Source: Candidatus Arthromitus sp. SFB-rat-Yit (GTDB taxonomy: Bacteria > Bacillota > Clostridia > Clostridiales > Clostridiaceae). Taken from it: a DNA stretch of 32,000 nt. Positions within the stretch are counted from its first letter, which is position 1. The number at the start of each line of letters is the position of its first letter. The notes below the pieces were generated by a model that was not told where the DNA came from, ran no database searches, and saw only the letters and a list, made by a program, of their open reading frames with translations. The DNA is taken from the NCBI RefSeq assembly GCF_000283555.1, contig NC_016012.1, positions 600,001-632,000 on the forward strand, in the 5' to 3' direction. Positions 1-7,716 of the stretch are shown here, one piece after another. Both the position numbers and the translations under genes were made by a program.

Positions 1-1
1 A

Positions 2-895
2 TCATTAGGTAAAGCAATTGATTCCATAAAAGTTTTTGCTAGAGTTACACCAAAACATAAACTTAGGATTGTTCAGGCATTTAAAGCAAAAGGTAATGTT
101 GTTGCAATGACTGGAGATGGTGTTAATGATGCTCCAGCTATAAAAGAGGCTGATATTGGTATTTCCATGGGTATATCGGGTACAGATGTAACAAAAGAAG
201 CGTCTGCCATGATATTAATGGATGATAATTTCAGTACTATAGTTTCTGCGGTTGAAGAAGGAAGAAAAATTTATCTAAATATAAGGAAATTTATAAGGTA
301 TTTATTGTCATGTAATATTGGTGAAGTTTTAACAATGTTTTTAGCTTCTATATTCAGCCTTCCAAATCCACTTACTCCTATTCAAATTTTATTTGTAAAT
401 TTGGCAACAGATGGACTTCCTGCTCTTGCACTTGGAGTTGATAATTCACATGATGATATAATGAATCAGCCGCCAAGACCACGAAATGAGAGTATTTTTT
501 CAAGAGGACTTTGGGAAAAAATTCTATTTAGGGGGACTTTAATTGGAATTAGCACAATATTTACATTTATTATTGGGCTTTATCTTGGTTTTAGTGTGCG
601 TACTTGTAGAACTATGACTTTAGCAACTCTTGTATTATCACAATTAATACATGTGTTTGAATGTAAATCAGAAACAAGAACATTATTTCAAATTAATTTA
701 TTGACAAATAAGTATTTATTAATATCAGTTTTTATTTCAGTGATTATGATTTTAGGAATAATATATATTCCATTTTTCCAATCAATATTTAAGACAAGCG
801 GTATAAATTTAGTGCAATGGGGAATTGTACTATTATTTTCAGGGGTTATATCAGTTTCTAGCAGTTTATTTAATTTGATTAAACGCAAGAAGTAA
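2..895 (+). CDS. P-type cation-transporting ATPase, C-terminal part (5' end is upstream of the window); Ca2+-ATPase type IIA (YloB/SERCA-like)
   Basis: The frame is open from the window edge (SLGKAIDSIKVFARVTPKHKLRIVQAFKAKGNVVAMTGDGVNDAPA = P-type hinge motif GDGxNDxP). The TM5/TM6-like segments SCNIGEV and NLATDGLPALALG match the Ca2+-coordinating positions of SERCA-type pumps. Hydrophobic C-terminal TM helices are present and a hairpin terminator follows. Confidence 0.85.
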   Translation, partial: SLGKAIDSIKVFARVTPKHKLRIVQAFKAKGNVVAMTGDGVNDAPAIKEADIGISMGISGTDVTKEASAMILMDDNFSTIVSAVEEGRKIYLNIRKFIRYLLSCNIGEVLTMFLASIFSLPNPLTPIQILFVNLATDGLPALALGVDNSHDDIMNQPPRPRNESIFSRGLWEKILFRGTLIGISTIFTFIIGLYLGFSVRTCRTMTLATLVLSQLIHVFECKSETRTLFQINLLTNKYLLISVFISVIMILGIIYIPFFQSIFKTSGINLVQWGIVLLFSGVISVSSSLFNLIKRKK

Positions 896-914
896 TTTTA
901 TTATAAAAAATATA

Positions 915-957
915 AGGTAAGCAGTTATTAATAATGACAAACTGCTTACCTATTTTT
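915..957. terminator. bidirectional intrinsic terminator between the convergent ATPase and protease genes
   Basis: 12-bp stem AGGTAAGCAGTT (915-926) / AACTGCTTACCT (940-951), A-rich 5' flank, T-run 3' flank. Confidence 0.7.
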
Positions 958-958
958 G

Positions 959-1720
959 TTATTTAATATTATTGTTTATAAAGTCAAGGACTACTTGGGT
1001 AAATAAAAAACCAACTCCGTCTTTTTCACTACCAGCGTTACATAACCCAATAATTTCATTATTTGAATTTAGTATTGGTGAACCAGATTGTCCAGGTTTT
1101 ACTGATGAGTTAAACCAAATAAGATTACTTTCAATTAAGTCAATTTGACCTTTGTCATAAGATAATTTTGGTTGTGATTCACCAGGATATCCGGCAAATT
1201 CAATTTGAGTTTTATTTTCAACTTTTTTAATTTCGTCAAGTGTAGCTAATTTAAAAGTTTCAAGTCCATCATATAAATTTTTTCCATCTTTAGGTTTAAC
1301 TTGAATTATTGATAAATCCACATTTGTTTGATTATAATCATAATTTTCTTGTATAAATGTTATTATGTTTTCAATATCAAAATTAATTGTTTCATTACCT
1401 TTATTTAATGAAACGTATAATGTATCTTTTGTTTCACCTTCTGTAACGTGCCTATTTGTTAAAAGTGTGTTTGGTCCAATGATAACCCCAGTACCATTAA
1501 ATATATCATTTGATTTTGAAATTATAGGAACAATTGATTGATATTTACTAGAACTAACTTCTGAGGCATCTATTAAAGTTCCAGTTGATGCAGAATTATT
1601 AGTAGTGGATGGTGTTACTATTTGGGTATTATTTTGTTGATTTAGACTTTTATTTGAACATTGCACTAAGCTTACACCTAACACTAGAAAGCATAATATT
1701 TTAATAAATTTATTCTTCAT
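959..1720 (-). CDS. secreted/lipoprotein trypsin-like serine protease (S1B, V8/glutamyl-endopeptidase-like)
   Basis: Signal peptide with lipobox-like LVQC. Catalytic triad context: His in LLTNRHV, Asp in NVDLSIIQV, Ser in KPGQSGSPILN (the GxSGSP motif of chymotrypsin-fold proteases). Confidence 0.75.
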   Translation of the reverse strand: MKNKFIKILCFLVLGVSLVQCSNKSLNQQNNTQIVTPSTTNNSASTGTLIDASEVSSSKYQSIVPIISKSNDIFNGTGVIIGPNTLLTNRHVTEGETKDTLYVSLNKGNETINFDIENIITFIQENYDYNQTNVDLSIIQVKPKDGKNLYDGLETFKLATLDEIKKVENKTQIEFAGYPGESQPKLSYDKGQIDLIESNLIWFNSSVKPGQSGSPILNSNNEIIGLCNAGSEKDGVGFLFTQVVLDFINNNIK

Positions 1721-1808
1721 TTTTTAATTCTTACTCCTTAATTTTAATATGAACTTTTGTTTAGTAACTATTTTAATTATTGTAGCATAAAAAATTTATA
1801 TATTTTAT

Positions 1809-1836
1809 TTGCTTTTTGGATTAGGTGTATTATAAT
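1809..1836 (+). promoter_or_regulatory. putative sigma-A promoter for the TipAS-domain gene
   Basis: TTGCTT (1809-1814), 16-nt spacer, TATAAT (1831-1836). SD AGGTGA lies at 1857-1862, ahead of ATG 1874. Confidence 0.35.
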
Positions 1837-1873
1837 CTAAAATAAAGTAATTGTTAATAGGTGAATTAATTGT

Positions 1874-2197
1874 ATGGGGAAAATAGATTATAGCTCTTTA
1901 AGTAAATTTGATTTTATAGAAGAGCAAAAGAAAAGAGATATTATTTTTAAAAATATACAAGATAAAATGAATTCAAATAGATATGATGATGAATATATAC
2001 AAGGTCAGGTATCAGATCTTTTTGATTTTATGAATAAATTTTATGATTGTTCTATTGGAATGTTTAGGGGATTGGCTGAGGTGTATGAATTTAATTCTGA
2101 TTTTTCTAAAATTTTATCTAAAAATTATGGAGAAGAAATGCCAAAGTATATAGCTAAAGCGATGAATTACTTTTGTGACGTTAAAGAGAAACAATAA
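1874..2197 (+). CDS. stand-alone TipAS antibiotic-recognition domain protein (no MerR DNA-binding domain)
   Basis: The C-terminal pattern FYDCSIGMFRGLAEVYEFNSDFSKILSKNYGEEMPKYIAKAMNYF matches the TipAS/Mta C-terminal signature (FYDCS..M..GL...Y....F...I..YGE...F...A...Y). There is no N-terminal HTH. Confidence 0.65.
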   Translation: MGKIDYSSLSKFDFIEEQKKRDIIFKNIQDKMNSNRYDDEYIQGQVSDLFDFMNKFYDCSIGMFRGLAEVYEFNSDFSKILSKNYGEEMPKYIAKAMNYFCDVKEKQ

Positions 2198-2228
2198 GGT
2201 ATTTAATAATTAAATTTAGAAAATAAAA

Positions 2229-2266
2229 AGTGTAATTAAGTTTAAAATCTTAATTACACTTTTTAT
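2229..2266. terminator. bidirectional intrinsic terminator (TipAS gene / rpmB)
   Basis: Stem AGTGTAATTAAG / CTTAATTACACT with an 8-nt loop. An A-run precedes it and a T-run follows. Confidence 0.7.
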
Positions 2267-2458
2267 TTAAGCAGATCTTTGTACTTTATCAGAACGTAAA
2301 CATCTAGTACAGATCTTTATAGTCTTTGTAGAATTGTTAACAACGGCTTTGATTTTTCTTAGATTAGGAGTCCATTTTCTATTGGATCTACGGTGAGAAT
2401 GGCTGTACTGTCCACCAAAAACTACACCTTTGCCACAAATTTCACATCTTTTAGACAT
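2267..2458 (-). CDS. rpmB: 50S ribosomal protein L28 (Zn-ribbon C+ form)
   Basis: MSKRCEICGKG...SHSHRRSNRKWTPNL...CTRCLRS is the classic L28 sequence with CxxC...CxxC. SD GGAGGTG lies upstream on the minus strand. Confidence 0.95.
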   Translation of the reverse strand: MSKRCEICGKGVVFGGQYSHSHRRSNRKWTPNLRKIKAVVNNSTKTIKICTRCLRSDKVQRSA

Positions 2459-2662
2459 ATTATATACACCTCCATACCTAAAACCTATTACATATAAACA
2501 ACCTTAATGATAACATGGAATAATAAAAGAATCAATATATAATTTAATGTTATATTAATTTAGATAATTTGATATAATTGAAAATAATTATTTGGATTTT
2601 GTTTTAATTGAATAATATACTTATTTAATATAAAATAAAAAAGAGGAAGGGAGAACCATTTT

Positions 2663-3004
2663 ATGTTACATGTTAAAACGTCAAGTGGAAATGTTTATTA
2701 TAGTGAAGAGTTGATTAAAAATATCGTAACATTAGCTACCATGGAATGTAATGCTGTTGTTGGTTTGGCAAATCGCAACTTTAGAGAAGATAACAATAAT
2801 TTAAGTAGTGGAGTTAAGATAAATTTAACAGAGGATAAATCAAAATTAAATATACATGTTTTTGTAATTATAAAATATGGGATTAAAATCTCCATAATAG
2901 CAAATGACATAATTCATTTGATTAAAGATAGTATTGAAAGATTCTTGGAACTTTATATTAATTCTATAGTGGTTAATGTTCGAGGAATTAGATACGAAAA
3001 TTAG
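2663..3004 (+). CDS. Asp23/Gls24 (alkaline shock protein, YloU-like) family protein
   Basis: Size and pattern (ELIKNIVTLATMECNAVVGL ... SGVKINL ... VFVIIKYGIKISIIANDI ... IVVNVRGI) are typical of DUF322/Asp23. It sits at the conserved position between rpmB and recG. SD GAGGAAGGGAG lies upstream. Confidence 0.8.
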   Translation: MLHVKTSSGNVYYSEELIKNIVTLATMECNAVVGLANRNFREDNNNLSSGVKINLTEDKSKLNIHVFVIIKYGIKISIIANDIIHLIKDSIERFLELYINSIVVNVRGIRYEN

Positions 3005-3037
3005 AATTTTGTTTTTGATTTTTATAGAAGGATAAGT

Positions 3038-5053
3038 ATGCTTGAGAAGGATATTATAAGCATTAAAGGTGTAGGAAAAAAATATGCTGATTTATTTTCG
3101 AAAAATAATATAAAAACAATTGAAAATTTAATTATGTATTTTCCAAAGTCGTATGAGTTTGTAGGTGATTATTTATCAGATAAATGTATTTTTGAAGGAA
3201 TTGTCACGGAAATTCTTAGGGATGCAACGATTAGAGCAAAATTGGTTATTACAACTATTAAGCTTAGGAATTACGAAGGTAGGATCGCAAAGTTAATATA
3301 TTTTAATAAGCCATATATGAAACATAGTTTTATTTTAGGTAATACATATAAAGTTTATGGAACTTGTAAGGAAACAAAAAATTATATAGAAATTGTTAAT
3401 GCAGAGAAGATTAAAGATTTTTCAAATAATATTATACCGAAATATAAATCTATCAAAGGGATTGGAAATAATCAAATTATAAATATAGTAAGAAATGTTC
3501 TTGGACAAATTAATCTTAAAGATAATTTACCAGATATTATTGTTAAGAAGAGAAATTTAATTTCTTTAAATGATGCTTTGATAAATATACATTTGCCAAA
3601 AAATAAAGAACTACTTACTAAGGCTATATATAGATTTAAATATCAAGAGCTTATGTATTTTTTTATTAACACAAAACTTTTAAGAGATAAATTGAGTTCA
3701 AAAGAGAGTGGAATTAAGTTCAAAATTTTTACTGAAGAATTGATTGAACTTAAAAAAGAGCTTGGATTTCAGTTGACTGGAGATCAAAATAATGCAATAA
3801 AGAGAATTTTGATTGAACAAAAAGGTGATTTTTCAATTAATAGGTTGCTTCATGGGGATGTTGGTTCAGGCAAAACTATTGTTGCATTTATTACGGCGTT
3901 CAATGTTTTGTTGAACGGATATAAGGTTGCATTAATAGTTCCTACAGAAATTTTGGCTGTTCAACATTATGATGAGGCTATAAAATTATTTAAAAAATTT
4001 AATATACAGATTCGTCTTTTGGTTGGAAGTGTTAAAGAAAAGCAAAAAAATGAGATAAAGCAGGAGTTGAATGAAGAAACTCCAATTTTATTAATAGGTA
4101 CCCATGCTATACTTGAAGATAATGTTGAATTTAAAAATTTAGGGTATATAATTTTTGATGAACAACATAGATTTGGGGTGAGTCAAAGGTCGAAACTTAT
4201 ACAAAAAGGGAAAGATAAAAATTGCGATGTATTGGTTATGACTGCGACTCCAATCCCAAGGACTTTATTTTTGTACATATACAACGGAATGGATATTTCT
4301 TCAATTAGAGAGCTTCCATCGAATCGAAAAAAGGTTAACACAATTCATATTAAAAGTGAAGACAAAGAAGCCAAATATAAAATTATGTTAGATGAAATTA
4401 ATAAAGGTGGACAATGCTATATGGTTTGTCCTCTTATTGAAGAAAATGAAAAAATGGATTTATTTTCTGTTGAGTCGTTGTATGAAGAATTAAAGACATC
4501 TATTTTATCTTGTTGTAATATTGGAATTTTGCATGGGAAAATGAAAAATAAAGATAAAAATGAAGTGATGAATTGTTTTAAAGAGGGATTAATTGATATA
4601 TTGATTTCTACTACTGTAATAGAGGTTGGAATTAGTGTTTCCAATGCAACTGTAATGGTAATTGAAAATGCAGAGCGTTTTGGGATTTCGCAGATACATC
4701 AACTCAGAGGACGAATTGGACGTGGTTCTAAAGAGGGTACATGTATTCTTGTTACTAGCAGTATGAATCCTGTTACTATGAAAAGAATTTCTACACTCCT
4801 TGAAAGTAATGATGGATTTTATTTATCTGAGCAAGATTTAAAAATAAGAGGTAGTGGAGATGTTTTTGGTTATAAACAGCATGGGAATACGGGATTTGTA
4901 TTTGCGGATGTTATTAATGATGTAGGTATTTTGAAAAAAGTTAAAGAAGATATTGAGTATATGGATCAATTTGATATAGATGAAATAAGAGATTTTTATG
5001 ATAGTGTTCAAAAAAAATTGGATAAAATTGATAATACTATTTGTTTTAATTAA
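3038..5053 (+). CDS. recG: ATP-dependent DNA helicase RecG
   Basis: Walker A GDVGSGKT, DEQH box (FDEQHRFG), TATPIPRT and QLRGRIGRG motifs, plus an N-terminal wedge/OB region. Size and synteny both fit RecG. Confidence 0.95.
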   Translation: MLEKDIISIKGVGKKYADLFSKNNIKTIENLIMYFPKSYEFVGDYLSDKCIFEGIVTEILRDATIRAKLVITTIKLRNYEGRIAKLIYFNKPYMKHSFILGNTYKVYGTCKETKNYIEIVNAEKIKDFSNNIIPKYKSIKGIGNNQIINIVRNVLGQINLKDNLPDIIVKKRNLISLNDALINIHLPKNKELLTKAIYRFKYQELMYFFINTKLLRDKLSSKESGIKFKIFTEELIELKKELGFQLTGDQNNAIKRILIEQKGDFSINRLLHGDVGSGKTIVAFITAFNVLLNGYKVALIVPTEILAVQHYDEAIKLFKKFNIQIRLLVGSVKEKQKNEIKQELNEETPILLIGTHAILEDNVEFKNLGYIIFDEQHRFGVSQRSKLIQKGKDKNCDVLVMTATPIPRTLFLYIYNGMDISSIRELPSNRKKVNTIHIKSEDKEAKYKIMLDEINKGGQCYMVCPLIEENEKMDLFSVESLYEELKTSILSCCNIGILHGKMKNKDKNEVMNCFKEGLIDILISTTVIEVGISVSNATVMVIENAERFGISQIHQLRGRIGRGSKEGTCILVTSSMNPVTMKRISTLLESNDGFYLSEQDLKIRGSGDVFGYKQHGNTGFVFADVINDVGILKKVKEDIEYMDQFDIDEIRDFYDSVQKKLDKIDNTICFN

Positions 5054-5063
5054 GGAGATTTAA

Positions 5064-5633
5064 ATGAGAATAATTACAGGTAAAGCTAAAGGGAAAAAAC
5101 TTATTTCGCCTGATGGATATGATGTTACTCGTCCAACTCTCGATAGAGTTAAGCAATCTATATTTAATATAATTCAGAATGAATTAAACAGAGATAGTAT
5201 TGTTCTTGATTTATTTGCTGGAACCGGAAGTCTTGGGCTTGAATCTGCTAGTAGAGGAGCTAAAAAAATTTATTTGTGTGATAAAAACGATGTTACCTTT
5301 TCTTATTTGGAACAAAATATTAAAAATACCGGATTATCAGATTGTGCATTTGCAATAAAAGGAGAGTTTGATGTAAATCTTAGGAGTTTTAAGGGAAAAG
5401 AGAAATTTGATTTAATATTTATAGATCCACCATATAACTCAGATTATGTTAATAGAAGTATAAATTTGGTTGACGATTTAAATATTCTTAATAAAAATGG
5501 GTTAATAATTGTTAAAATATCGAGTTCTGAAAGTAAATTTATAGAGTCTAAAAATATAAACTTAGTTGATTATAGGAAGTACGGAAATACAACTGTATGT
5601 TTTTATAGATATAAGGAGAGTTATAATGAATAA
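5064..5633 (+). CDS. rsmD: 16S rRNA (guanine966-N2)-methyltransferase RsmD
   Basis: TRPTLDRVKQSIFNI, SAM motif DLFAGTGSLGLESASRGA, and catalytic DPPY. It lies directly upstream of coaD, as in B. subtilis ylbH-ylbI. Confidence 0.9.
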   Translation: MRIITGKAKGKKLISPDGYDVTRPTLDRVKQSIFNIIQNELNRDSIVLDLFAGTGSLGLESASRGAKKIYLCDKNDVTFSYLEQNIKNTGLSDCAFAIKGEFDVNLRSFKGKEKFDLIFIDPPYNSDYVNRSINLVDDLNILNKNGLIIVKISSSESKFIESKNINLVDYRKYGNTTVCFYRYKESYNE

Positions 5634-6114
5634 AGCGATAATACCTGGAAGTTTTGATCCTATAACGCTTGGACACATTGATATAATAGAGCGTTCCCTT
5701 AAAATTTTTGATGAAATAATGGTATGTGTTTTAGTTAATCCTGATAAGAAAACATTGTTTTCTATAGAAGAAAGAAAAAGATTAATTAATAAATCTATAT
5801 CCAATCTTAACGATAGTGACAAAATAAAAGTGGATAGTTATGAAGGACTGTTAATTGATTATATGAATAAAAAAGATATAAATATTATCATCAAAGGATT
5901 GAGAGCTTTTTCGGATTTTGAATATGAGATACAAATGGCGTTTTTAAATAATAAAATGGCACCTAATATAGAAACATTTTTTCTTATGACAACAGAAAAT
6001 TTATCGTACATAAGCTCTTCGTCTATAAAACAAATAGTAAAATTTGGTGGTAATATATCGGGGTTAGTGCCACCTGTTATTGAACAAGATATTATTCATA
6101 AAATTTTGGAGTGA
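5626..6114 (+). CDS. coaD: phosphopantetheine adenylyltransferase CoaD
   Basis: MNKAIIPGSFDPITLGHIDII (the nucleotidyltransferase T/HxGH motif). The start is re-set from ORF-track 5566 to ATG 5626, preceded by SD AAGGAGAG (5613-5620). It overlaps the rsmD stop by 8 nt, which suggests translational coupling. Confidence 0.92.
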   Translation: MNKAIIPGSFDPITLGHIDIIERSLKIFDEIMVCVLVNPDKKTLFSIEERKRLINKSISNLNDSDKIKVDSYEGLLIDYMNKKDINIIIKGLRAFSDFEYEIQMAFLNNKMAPNIETFFLMTTENLSYISSSSIKQIVKFGGNISGLVPPVIEQDIIHKILE

Positions 6115-6118
6115 TTAT

Positions 6119-6634
6119 ATGGATGTTTTACAGTTATTAGACTATTTACAAGAGGTTATTGAGAATGCCACAGAAATTCCTATAACCGGGAAAATAGTTT
6201 TAAATAAGAAGGATATATTGGAATTAATAAAGAAGATTTTGCATGATTTACCCGATGAATTAAAAAGGTCTAAGTGGATAATTAGTGAGAGAGATAGAAT
6301 AATAGGTGAGGCAAAAAAGTTTAGTGAAGAAGCAATGAAAGAATCTAAACTCATGCTTGAAAAGGAAATAGAACAACATGAGATTGTGATTGAGGCTAAT
6401 AATAAAGCAAACAGCATTATAGAGATTGCAAAAGGTGAGGCAAAAGCTATAAGAGGTGGGGCAAATGATTATGTTCGTGAGGTATTGAGATCTCTTGTTG
6501 AAGATATTGAAAATACTAAGAATAATGCTATTGAAACATTGGAATCATTAAACTCAAAGAATATATCGGAAATATCAACTTTTTATGACGATATTTCTTA
6601 TAGAATAAAAGATGACTTAGATAAAATAAAATAA
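6119..6634 (+). CDS. conserved coiled-coil protein of unknown function (ATPase subunit b/H-like heptad-rich protein)
   Basis: Start re-set to ATG 6119 (SD GGAGTG 6108-6113). The N-terminal pattern LLDYLQEVIENATEIPITGKIVLNKKDILELI is followed by a long charged helical region (EAKKFSEEAMKESK...EAKAIRGGANDY). No catalytic motif is recognisable. Confidence 0.5.
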   Translation: MDVLQLLDYLQEVIENATEIPITGKIVLNKKDILELIKKILHDLPDELKRSKWIISERDRIIGEAKKFSEEAMKESKLMLEKEIEQHEIVIEANNKANSIIEIAKGEAKAIRGGANDYVREVLRSLVEDIENTKNNAIETLESLNSKNISEISTFYDDISYRIKDDLDKIK

Positions 6635-6656
6635 ATAGGTTAGTGAGGGATCGATT

Positions 6657-7469
6657 TTGTATAAATTGATAGCTATTGATATGGATGGTACTCTTTTAAA
6701 TAGTAATGGAAAAATTTCTGATGAAAATATTTTTGCTATAAAGAGAGCTCTTGATAAAGGTGTAAAGGTAGTTTTTACAACAGGAAGAGGAATTAAAGCA
6801 ATTACGAATTTTTTAAAAGAAGTGGGTTTATCAGAAAGAGATGAATATGCAATAACAAACAATGGAGTAGCACTCTATAAAACAAATAATTTGAAATGCT
6901 TAAAAGCCAATTTATTGTGTGGAGATGAATTGAAAAAATTAGTTGATTTGGGTATTGCTTTAAATGCAAAAATACTTGTTTATGATTATAAAACTGAAGA
7001 AACAATTGTTTTAGAAGAAAATGAGTTTTCAGCATTTGAAAGAGATCATATAGGAATGATTGTTCATATTAAACCGAATTTTCCAAATGAAATAAATAAT
7101 GAAACAAAAGCATTTAAGATAATTTATACAGAAGAACCATCAAAATTAGATATAATACAAAAAAATATCCCAGATTATATAAGAGAAAATTATACGGTTG
7201 TAAGGAGTTTACCTATATGTCTCGAATTATTCCATAAAGCTTCAAATAAAGGAAATGCTATTAGAGATTTATCAAATATTTTTGGAATTTCAAAGGAAGA
7301 GGTAATCTGTATTGGTGATCAGCAAAATGATATAGAGATGATAGAATATGCTGGACTTGGTATAGCTATGGGTAATGCGATAGATAAGTTAAAAGAAATT
7401 GCAAATTATGTGACCGATACAAATGATAATCACGGAGTTGCTAAAGCTATTAATAAGTTTATATTATAA
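6657..7469 (+). CDS. Cof-type HAD-IIB sugar-phosphate phosphatase
   Basis: HAD motif I IAIDMDGTLLN, motif II TGR, motif IV GDQQNDIEM. TTG start with SD AGTGAGGGA upstream. Confidence 0.85.
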   Translation: MYKLIAIDMDGTLLNSNGKISDENIFAIKRALDKGVKVVFTTGRGIKAITNFLKEVGLSERDEYAITNNGVALYKTNNLKCLKANLLCGDELKKLVDLGIALNAKILVYDYKTEETIVLEENEFSAFERDHIGMIVHIKPNFPNEINNETKAFKIIYTEEPSKLDIIQKNIPDYIRENYTVVRSLPICLELFHKASNKGNAIRDLSNIFGISKEEVICIGDQQNDIEMIEYAGLGIAMGNAIDKLKEIANYVTDTNDNHGVAKAINKFIL

Positions 7470-7480
7470 ATTTTTAAAAT

Positions 7481-7508
7481 ATAGGTTTTTTAAAACCTAT
7501 ATTTTTTT
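7481..7508 (+). terminator. intrinsic terminator of the HAD phosphatase gene
   Basis: ATAGGTTTT / AAAACCTAT hairpin followed by TTTTTTT. Confidence 0.6.
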
Positions 7509-7517
7509 AAAAATATA

Positions 7518-7546
7518 TTGAAATATAATTTGAAATGTGGTATATT
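7518..7546 (+). promoter_or_regulatory. near-consensus sigma-A promoter with extended -10, driving the ORF-less unit below
   Basis: TTGAAA (7518-7523), 17-nt spacer, TGgTATATT (7538-7546). Confidence 0.55.
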
Positions 7547-7552
7547 AATACC

Positions 7553-7716
7553 ATAGTAATGATAATCAATATCAAATAAATTCTTTCTTTTTACTAATTT
7601 AAGAATTGTTAGATTTAATATTGAAGCTAGATTTTATACCTCCAAAATGTAAAATATTTGATTGAAGTATTAAATTCTAACTTAAAAACCTCTGCACATT
7701 GTGCGGAGGTTTTTTT
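7553..7716 (+). ncRNA. candidate orphan small RNA (about 160 nt), class unknown
   Basis: It lies between the promoter at 7518-7546 and the strong terminator at 7689-7716 and contains no plausible ORF. Predicted helices: 7579-7585/7601-7607, 7608-7620/7668-7681, and 7631-7638/7648-7655 with loop CCUCCAAAA. The 5' end is inferred, not observed. Confidence 0.4.
7684..7716. terminator. intrinsic terminator (stronger on the + strand; also placed to terminate ylbJ on the - strand)
   Basis: CCTCTGCAC (7689-7697) / GTGCGGAGG (7701-7709). On the + strand all 9 pairs form (one G-U), followed by 7 T. On the - strand there is one C-A mismatch and 5 U. The T-run overlaps the ylbJ stop codon. Confidence 0.75.

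Noticed and set aside
688-888. Short antisense or overlapping ORFs in the track: 688-888, 2698-2910, 4417-4644, 5562-5822, 6142-6417, 6617-6862, 6802-7035, 8229-8498, 11474-11689, 16048-16299, 16524-16712, 17578-17775, 23735-24010, 24821-25030, 28352-28612
   Set aside because: All are embedded in, or opposite to, genes with unambiguous homology-type motifs. None has a credible SD plus start or any recognisable domain. I treat them as noise.
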